A DNA stretch of 64,000 bases from Granulosicoccus sp. (lineage in GTDB: Bacteria; Pseudomonadota; Gammaproteobacteria; Granulosicoccales; Granulosicoccaceae), in the NCBI GenBank assembly GCA_023301795.1, contig JALZVU010000125.1, forward strand, positions 9,052-73,051, read 5' to 3'. The position numbers and the translations under genes were made by a program. Each line of letters begins with the position of its first letter. The stretch's first letter is position 1. Under the pieces are notes generated by a model that did not search any database, had not been told where the DNA came from, and worked only from the letters and a program-made list of their open reading frames with translations. This document shows, piece after piece, positions 57,657 to 64,000 of the stretch.

Positions 57657-58714
57657 TGGATATACGCATCACTCTAAAATTTCTAAAATCGACTCCATCA
57701 AGTGAACCTGCTGTTCGCCTTTCACCTAGCATGCACGTGTTCGAGGTCGTCGATCACGACTACAGTTCGAACAATGCCACTGAGACAATCATTTGCTTAG
57801 TTGTACCCTTTAACACCACACAAGATATTACCTTCGAGCTTGTTACTCCCGTGAGGCGAGTCGTACTGGGCAGTAGTGACGTACCTTTCAAAGCCACGAA
57901 CAATCAACTGGCACTGCAGCTTCCCCCACTCATAGCGAATAATGATCGCGTTGCTGACATGCACATGATTGTTCCATTTCCTGGGGTAGATCTCAGACTT
58001 GAAGTTGCCGATGCCAATCAACGAGGTGGTGAATACGCAAAAAAACCCTACCCGTTTGACGCAAGAACAGCTGCTATGGCAGTAGAGTTCGCACTACTTG
58101 AAGCAATTCAAGCTCTTGAACTAGATCAAAATATTGGCCTTGGATCGTGCGGCCCTATCTACCTCATGGGCTTTGACACCAACAATCCGTGTGGACATAC
58201 CGATTGGCCGCCACATGTGCACTTGCATATGGCGCGACCTGCCTACGGCGCCCCAATTGGCCACTACTATTTTGATAGCAACTTTACGTTTTCTCACAAC
58301 ATTATGTATTCACGCAAAGTGAATGCAGAAGTTACTCAGTTTGAACGCGGTGTGCCTTGTCCACACTACGCGCCAGATGGCTCAATGCTATTTGATTTAA
58401 CAATTACCAAGACAGGTAGCCTTCGCCTCAGTGCGGCCAACGGCAATAGTGCCCTGATTGAACCCATCGACTCTGGGTTCAACACCGGTGCCTACGTAAG
58501 CGTTGATAATAGGGTTATGGAAATTGCTGTGACGCTCAACGATAAACCTGCCTCCGTTCAGGTTGCTCGGGACGGCGTTCCTACTCACTATCTTTTTGAT
58601 CCGGATACTGGAGCTTACCTGGGACCTGCTCAGATAGCTGACCCACCTGATGAACTGGCTCTCAATCAACCTACCCATAGTCAGTCTGCCCATAAATTGA
58701 ACTCCGATACATGA
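57656..58714 (+). CDS. Hypothetical cytoplasmic protein with the His-rich motif 'GHTDWPPHVHLH'
   Basis: 352-aa ORF coupled to the IMPase stop (TAATG). No signal peptide or TM segment. I do not recognise the family. Confidence 0.6.
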   Translation: MDIRITLKFLKSTPSSEPAVRLSPSMHVFEVVDHDYSSNNATETIICLVVPFNTTQDITFELVTPVRRVVLGSSDVPFKATNNQLALQLPPLIANNDRVADMHMIVPFPGVDLRLEVADANQRGGEYAKKPYPFDARTAAMAVEFALLEAIQALELDQNIGLGSCGPIYLMGFDTNNPCGHTDWPPHVHLHMARPAYGAPIGHYYFDSNFTFSHNIMYSRKVNAEVTQFERGVPCPHYAPDGSMLFDLTITKTGSLRLSAANGNSALIEPIDSGFNTGAYVSVDNRVMEIAVTLNDKPASVQVARDGVPTHYLFDPDTGAYLGPAQIADPPDELALNQPTHSQSAHKLNSDT

Positions 58715-58727
58715 AGCAAGTAGCGCG

Positions 58728-60404
58728 TTGGCTTGGGCGATGCTGATATTACCCGTACTACTTCAGGTTGCGGCTGCAACCATGCTGCTGCTCTTTGCGG
58801 TTAAGACAGTCCAAAAGGGTATTCAAAGCAACGCGGGAATTGCATTACGACGCGTGTTTGCAGGATCGAGTAGTCGTTTAAAATCCACTGCAGTTGGACT
58901 TTTCACGGCAATTTTGCTGCAAAGCTCTGTTGCAGTAGCCTTGCTAATAGCAAGTTTTGTTGGTGCAGGTTCCATTGGTTTCACACCCGCGCTTGCCTCA
59001 GTTCTTGGAGCAGACGTCGGTTCAGCATTGATCGTATTTCTCCTGTCATTCCAAGTCGACTGGCTACTACCTGCCTGCCTCGCAGCTGGCGGCTGGCTCT
59101 ACGTGAAAACCCAGGCAGCACGCACTCGTAAAGCTGGGCAGGTATTAATTGGAATCGGATTAATACTGCTGTCATTGCAACTTTTGGGGGAGGCGTTTCA
59201 GCCCATTCACAATAGCCCTCTATGGCCATCGTTTGTCGTTTTCCTAGAAGAAGATCTTCTAACCGCCTTTTTACTGGGCGCAGCCCTCGCCTTCGTGATT
59301 CATTCAAGCGTTGCGGCCATTTTGATGTGCGTAGCGCTTGTGGAGCTAGGCGTCGTCCCTTTGCCAATTGGAATAGCGCTCACCCTGGGTGCAAATCTGG
59401 GGAGTAGCCTTATTCCCATCCGCTTAACCAGGGGATTCTCTGCTGCGGCACGTCGGGTTGTTGCGGCAAATCTTATTTTGCGTGGAACCGCTGCAACGCT
59501 TGCGTTCTTTGTATTCAGCTGGTTTGGGACAACGATGGGCATGCAGTTTGGGTCGACAGGACAGACGTTAATCGCCGTACATGTAAGCTTCAATGCTATG
59601 TTGTTACTAACACTCCCCTTTATCGGAACTCTTGAACCCTTACTCAAATTCATATTACCTAACCCAACGATTGCGGCAGACCCGATTGCACAATGGCGAC
59701 TGCAAAGCAGTCTTGTTTTGGCAACACGCCTGACCCCTGCACTCGCGCTGGCCAATATTCGGCGAGAGATACTGCGAATATCTGAATTTGTCAATGCAAT
59801 GGCTCTCCCTGCACTCAACATGTATCAGCATTCAACTACCAATGAATACGCACGCGTCATCGAAAAGGAATTGGCTCTAAACGACTCGCTTGCAAACATT
59901 CGTCACTACAGCGCAAAACTACCGTACGACGACATGAGCAAGCAAGAGCGAAGTGAACTACGTGAATTACTGGATACTGCTATCGAATTGACTGCAGCAG
60001 GTGGAATCATCGCCTCAAGACTGGGTGCATTTGCACAAACTGTGCAGTCGCAGCACATTCATTTTTCTGACGATGGCTGGTCTGAACTTGTAGAACTCAA
60101 TAACAATGTTATGGATAATATGGCATTGGCGTTTGGTGCGTTAGCCGCAGATGACTCCAATCTTGCTCGTGAAGTGGTAGAAGCAAAAACCAAAATTCAT
60201 CAGCTACAGCGCAAAAGCCGGAAACATCACTTTGAGCGTTTGCGAAATGGAGAAGGAGACAGCTTTGACAGCAGCGATATTCATCTGGAAACCTTGTACG
60301 CGCTAAAGGATTTGAATTCTAAAATCACTGAGATTGTGTATCCTATTCTTTCTAGAAACGGACATCTACTTGAGAGAAGATTGGTCCCGAAAAGTACCAC
60401 CTGA
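58728..60404 (+). CDS. Na+/phosphate cotransporter-family membrane protein with a PhoU-like C-terminal domain (YjbB/NptA-like)
   Basis: N-terminal polytopic region with duplicated 'G(A/S)NLGS'-type segments ('GADVGSAL', 'GANLGSSL'), then a ~200-aa helical cytoplasmic domain. ATG 58740 is an alternative start. Confidence 0.7.
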   Translation: MAWAMLILPVLLQVAAATMLLLFAVKTVQKGIQSNAGIALRRVFAGSSSRLKSTAVGLFTAILLQSSVAVALLIASFVGAGSIGFTPALASVLGADVGSALIVFLLSFQVDWLLPACLAAGGWLYVKTQAARTRKAGQVLIGIGLILLSLQLLGEAFQPIHNSPLWPSFVVFLEEDLLTAFLLGAALAFVIHSSVAAILMCVALVELGVVPLPIGIALTLGANLGSSLIPIRLTRGFSAAARRVVAANLILRGTAATLAFFVFSWFGTTMGMQFGSTGQTLIAVHVSFNAMLLLTLPFIGTLEPLLKFILPNPTIAADPIAQWRLQSSLVLATRLTPALALANIRREILRISEFVNAMALPALNMYQHSTTNEYARVIEKELALNDSLANIRHYSAKLPYDDMSKQERSELRELLDTAIELTAAGGIIASRLGAFAQTVQSQHIHFSDDGWSELVELNNNVMDNMALAFGALAADDSNLAREVVEAKTKIHQLQRKSRKHHFERLRNGEGDSFDSSDIHLETLYALKDLNSKITEIVYPILSRNGHLLERRLVPKSTT

Positions 60405-60483
60405 ACATCAAGAGCCTGTACGAGAGTAGCTATCGGCTTGGTCAATCTATTCTCGGGCAAGCTTCCTCATAGAGAGATAAAAA

Positions 60484-61869
60484 ATGATACATCCAGACAG
60501 ACTATTCCCATCCGAGCCCTCACGCAGAACGATCACACGCAGGCTGTACGACGAAGTCAGCCACCTTCCTCTTGTTTGCCCACACGGCCATACGGATCCG
60601 GCCTGGTTCTCCAAAAATAGTCACTTTACCGATGCCACCGAATTATTGATTCTGCCTGACCACTATGTGCGTCGCATGCTTGTGTCACAAGGTATTCAAG
60701 TGTTGGCTATAAAAGGGGCCGATGGAAAGCTGGATCATCGAGCTATATGGACAACATTCGCCAACAATTATCATCTGTTCAGAGGCACTCCAACCCGGCT
60801 ATGGCTCGACCAGACATTCTCTGAGCTTTTCGATTTCACACGGCCACTGTGCGGTGAAACATCTGATCTGTACTACGAGCATATATCCAGCTGCCTTATG
60901 CAAGACAGTTTTCGTCCGCGCGCAATGGTTGAGCAATTCAACATTGAATTAATCACGACAACCGAAGGCCCACTCGATACGCTGGAACACCACAAGGCGG
61001 TGGCACAAGGCAGTTGGGGAAAACGCGTTATCACTGCCTATCGTCCTGATGCTGTTGTAGATCCCGACACTGCAAATTTCCAGCAAAACCTTGATGATTT
61101 CGGAGATTGCAGTGGTGAAGATACTGCCACGTGGCAAGGCTATCTCAATGCGCATCGTGTTCGTCGTGCATTCTTCGCTGATCACGGAGCCACATCTACT
61201 GACCACGGACACCCGACGGCTCAGACTCACGACCTCTCTCCAGACACTGCACAGAATTTGTTTAACAAACTACGTGCTGGCACTACAACGCCTGCTGAGC
61301 ACGAAATATTTAGAGGGCAAATGCTCACCGAAATGGCAAAGATGAGTATTGATGATGGACTCGTGATGCAATTGCATGTCGGCTCGTACCGAAACCATAA
61401 TGCAGCTACATTTGCTCAGTTTGGTACTGATCAGGGATTTGATATTCCTCAAACCACCTCATATGTGAAGGCACTTAAGCCGCTACTGGACGTCCATGGG
61501 ATGGACCCACGGCTATCATTGATTCTATTCACGCTCGATGAAACAACCTATGGCCGTGAGCTCGCCCCACTCGCTGGCGCTTATCCAAGTATCAAACTGG
61601 GTCCAGCCTGGTGGTTCTTTGATAGTCCCGAAGGCATGATGCGATATCGCAAACTGGTGACCGAAACTGCAGGGTTCTACAATACAGTGGGTTTCAACGA
61701 TGATACTCGAGCACTGCCTTCAATAGCGGCTCGACATGACGTTGCCCGTCGAGTTGATTGCGTCTTCCTTGCCGATCTTGTTGCACGGCACCTGATGCAC
61801 GAAGATGAAGCACGCGAAGTTGCGATCGACCTTGCCTATAACCTCGTTAAAAAGGCGTACAAGCTTTAA
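60484..61869 (+). CDS. uxaC: Uronate (glucuronate) isomerase
   Basis: 'DRLFPSEPSRRTITRRLYDEVSHLPLVCPHGHTDPAWF' N-terminus is typical of the PHGHTDP-type UxaC. Amidohydrolase-fold length (461 aa). Confidence 0.8.
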   Translation: MIHPDRLFPSEPSRRTITRRLYDEVSHLPLVCPHGHTDPAWFSKNSHFTDATELLILPDHYVRRMLVSQGIQVLAIKGADGKLDHRAIWTTFANNYHLFRGTPTRLWLDQTFSELFDFTRPLCGETSDLYYEHISSCLMQDSFRPRAMVEQFNIELITTTEGPLDTLEHHKAVAQGSWGKRVITAYRPDAVVDPDTANFQQNLDDFGDCSGEDTATWQGYLNAHRVRRAFFADHGATSTDHGHPTAQTHDLSPDTAQNLFNKLRAGTTTPAEHEIFRGQMLTEMAKMSIDDGLVMQLHVGSYRNHNAATFAQFGTDQGFDIPQTTSYVKALKPLLDVHGMDPRLSLILFTLDETTYGRELAPLAGAYPSIKLGPAWWFFDSPEGMMRYRKLVTETAGFYNTVGFNDDTRALPSIAARHDVARRVDCVFLADLVARHLMHEDEAREVAIDLAYNLVKKAYKL

Positions 61870-61915
61870 GAGATTCACACACTCTCTAATTTTGGTTCAG
61901 CGTCCTGAGACCGCG

Positions 61916-62851
61916 TTAACGCTTATAGGGATTTTCATGCGAAGGACTAGGTGGTTTAAAACGCTTATGCACCCAGAAATATTGTTCAGGTTGTTCTCTG
62001 ATCTGCGCTTCGAATACATCATTTATCTGCTGGGTAACCACGTGATCATCGTCGCTGGTTATTGGAATTGGCTCTCCAATATTCACTGTGTAGCGCCCAG
62101 TGTTCCCATGACGGGTGGGGACAAATGGCAGCACCACGGCACCGGTCATAGCAGAGATACGCCGAGTCCCTGCAGTAGTCAGAACAGGTTGGTTAAAAAA
62201 CAGGGTTTCAATGCCTCCATGGCTGAGTGACACGCTCTGATCAGGAGAATACCAAACGACTTCTCCTTTCTTCAATGTGCGAATCATTTTTCGCATTTGT
62301 CGATTTTCGATCAAAGCTTTTAGGTACAGGACACGGCGATTGGCTAGCAAGTTATCAAATAACGGATTTTTAGGTGGATCAAAAACCACCGATATTGGAT
62401 ATTGGGGACCCATAATCGCGGCATTTATTTCTATCAAACTGAAATGCGCTTGCAACAAAATAACGCCACGCCCTAGCGCCAAGGCATCGTCCAGATTCTT
62501 GGCGCCAAGCAACTCAAATCTGTCGGTGAAGAAACTGGAAGGACGAAACCACAAGCTGGCAGCCTCGGCAATACTCATACCGATATTGTCATAGACCTTG
62601 CGAGCCATCTGTTCACGATCATCATCGCTCAAATCGGGAAAGCCGATGGCAATATTGATTAACGTGACCCGACGACGACTGGGAAGCAGGTGCCATATTA
62701 GCTTGCCGATAGATCTGCCGACAGCTAACTGAATATCGAATGGTAGGCGTGACATCAGCCACAACATGGCGAAACCCAACCACGTGGGCCAGTAGCGCGG
62801 TGACAGGTACGACTGCCAACGTACAGGGTGAGATGAGGTATCAGTCATCAA
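61916..62851 (-). CDS. LpxL/LpxM-family lipid A (Kdo2-lipid IVA) late acyltransferase
   Basis: N-terminal anchor 'FLSPRYWPTWLGFAMLWL', HX4E catalytic motif 'HFSLIE', C-terminal 'PEQYFWVHKRFK'. Confidence 0.8.
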   Translation of the reverse strand: MMTDTSSHPVRWQSYLSPRYWPTWLGFAMLWLMSRLPFDIQLAVGRSIGKLIWHLLPSRRRVTLINIAIGFPDLSDDDREQMARKVYDNIGMSIAEAASLWFRPSSFFTDRFELLGAKNLDDALALGRGVILLQAHFSLIEINAAIMGPQYPISVVFDPPKNPLFDNLLANRRVLYLKALIENRQMRKMIRTLKKGEVVWYSPDQSVSLSHGGIETLFFNQPVLTTAGTRRISAMTGAVVLPFVPTRHGNTGRYTVNIGEPIPITSDDDHVVTQQINDVFEAQIREQPEQYFWVHKRFKPPSPSHENPYKR

Positions 62852-62975
62852 TATTTGTCAGTGGGATGCTTGAAGACCTGATTGTAGTCGTGTTGCATTG
62901 CTATTGCGCAAAACACGCTGTTATCAGATCCCCACTGTGCGATTCCCTAAGCCATAAGGATCTGTCAACACGCTT

Positions 62976-63005
62976 AGCCCGGATTATTCATGAATAGTCC
63001 GGGCT
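62976..63005. promoter_or_regulatory. Near-perfect 30-bp palindrome upstream of the LpxL-family gene and downstream of the DUF3047-like gene
   Basis: 'agcccggattattca|tgaatagtcccgggct'. The core TATTCATGAATA is a perfect palindrome and the outer arms are AGCCCGG/CCGGGCT. Confidence 0.5.
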
Positions 63006-63082
63006 GGGACTAGTCTATTCGCTTACAAATACACGAGTTCATCGATTCTGAAGCATGCAAGGCGCTCACTTACATGCTCATG

Positions 63083-63859
63083 TTATCTCGCAATGGTAGA
63101 TATAGTTGCGTCAAGATCTCTTCCAGTGGCTCTTTGCACCTCAGGGGCAGCAGGTTGCTCGCTCAATGGTGCCTGTAGCGGCAGAAAATTGATCGCACCA
63201 AACCACGCGACAGCCTCCACTTTGGTGTTGTCGCCATCGACCATCACGGCATATCCGTCGATTTCTTCTACATCCAAGTCAAATAGATTTTTAAAATCTT
63301 GTGCCACATTGCGCGACTGTGTCCTCCACTCACCCACATACGCATCACCTGACTGCAAAACCACCATTCTGCCGTTGTCGGTGTACGGGTTGGTCCAGAT
63401 GTCTCCGACGGGTGACTCAGATGCCCATATGTAGGTAATGACATAGGACTCCCAAGGCAGAAATCCAAATTCTTTTACCACGTAGAGCCTGGCAGGAAAG
63501 TCATCGCCTTTTTTCGTTTTTTCGTCAATATCTGTATAGACGCGATCCACCTTCCACGACCAACTGAGAACAGGAGTCTCAAGTATGTTGATCGTTTCTT
63601 CGCGGAAGAGTACCGATGCTTGCTGCACAGTATGCGCCTTCAATACCGAGACACCCTTTTCGCTAACAAGCTCGTATTGAGTATTACCATTAAAGCTGCG
63701 CTCCTCCCAGCCATCCAGACCATCATCCGTGAATGCGGCCACAGGATGGTCATCGGAGCCTGCACCATCAGGACCCATTGCCTGCAAGGCCTGCGGGTGT
63801 CCTATGCTCATCAGCGCGAGCGCTGCAGCAAGGCTTATTACTGGAGGTAGCTTTGTCAT
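63083..63859 (-). CDS. DUF3047-like secreted protein
   Basis: ATG 63859 gives the signal peptide 'MTKLPPVISLAAALALMSIGHPQALQA'. 'W..RSFNGNTQYELV...LKAHT..QASVL...PVLSWSWKV...GDDFPARLYVV' matches my recollection of DUF3047. The tracked start at 63949 adds 30 residues that do not look like a signal peptide. Confidence 0.65.
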   Translation of the reverse strand: MTKLPPVISLAAALALMSIGHPQALQAMGPDGAGSDDHPVAAFTDDGLDGWEERSFNGNTQYELVSEKGVSVLKAHTVQQASVLFREETINILETPVLSWSWKVDRVYTDIDEKTKKGDDFPARLYVVKEFGFLPWESYVITYIWASESPVGDIWTNPYTDNGRMVVLQSGDAYVGEWRTQSRNVAQDFKNLFDLDVEEIDGYAVMVDGDNTKVEAVAWFGAINFLPLQAPLSEQPAAPEVQRATGRDLDATISTIAR

Positions 63860-64000
63860 GTCGTCTAAGAACGGCAGCGCACGCCAAAAGTTCACTGCAA
63901 TATGTATTTCTTCTGCAGATCGTGCACTGTTACCGTCCGCAATGCTCATTACCGCAACTCCGGTGATTCGTTGTAACCTGCAGGATAGTGTTTTAAGTGA

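Noticed and set aside
59300-59821. 173-aa ORF antisense to the Na/Pi-type transporter gene
   Set aside because: It lies entirely inside a well-supported membrane-protein gene on the opposite strand. Its Ala/Arg/Ser-rich sequence is typical of antisense frames, and it has no motifs.
1-64000. Defence systems, toxin-antitoxin pairs, prophage, CRISPR-Cas, rRNA/tRNA genes, riboswitches
   Set aside because: No nuclease, helicase, methylase, Cas, TA-sized gene pair or phage structural gene was recognised in any frame. No cloverleaf-like or rRNA-like sequences were seen in the intergenic regions. I recognised no riboswitch consensus upstream of bioMNY, queF or nadX, though a covariance-model scan would be needed to be sure.

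Overview
This 64-kb stretch reads as ordinary chromosome from a Gram-negative bacterium, probably a marine gammaproteobacterium. That placement is inferred only from gene content, PT-rich linkers and Tat-signal binding proteins. I support about 52 protein-coding genes. I found no rRNA, tRNA, CRISPR array, transposase, integrase, phage gene or recognisable defence gene, so there is no sequence evidence for a mobile or defence island.

Gene content from left to right:
- a 5'-truncated hybrid histidine kinase and a LuxR-type response regulator
- a secreted spondin_N-like/FN3 protein, then an OmpR/kinase two-component pair, then a translationally coupled adenylating enzyme and a thiolase-like gene
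- an ECF biotin-type transporter (bioMNY) in one operon with an ABM monooxygenase and a nitroreductase
- Lrp plus a fused indolepyruvate:ferredoxin oxidoreductase
- queF, a fructosamine-kinase family gene and nadX
- a ThuA-like lipoprotein
- an orphan vWA-PilY1 adhesin flanked by long non-coding DNA
- a sugar ABC system
- a GntR-controlled Dpp-type ABC importer bracketed by two M20 hydrolases
- an orphan PotD-like binding protein followed by a GGDEF-EAL sensor (NspS/MbaA-like)
- an M48 protease, a secreted propeller-like protein with a PT linker, mltB and a TPR protein
- MarR plus a haloalkane-dehalogenase-like hydrolase
- an operon of ROK regulator, Opp-like ABC system and SGNH hydrolase
- an operon of IMPase, an unknown protein, a Na/Pi-type transporter and uxaC
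- an LpxL-family acyltransferase and a DUF3047-like protein

No clearly novel multi-gene system stands out. The least explained items are:
- the His-rich unknown protein at 57656-58714 and its operon
- the truncated adenylase with a thiolase-like protein that lacks two catalytic residues
- the orphan pilY1 and its roughly 900-bp empty upstream region
- the bioMNY-nitroreductase-ABM operon
- active-site substitutions in a dehalogenase-like protein and in one M20 paralog

All family names come from motif recognition by eye. No database search was run.
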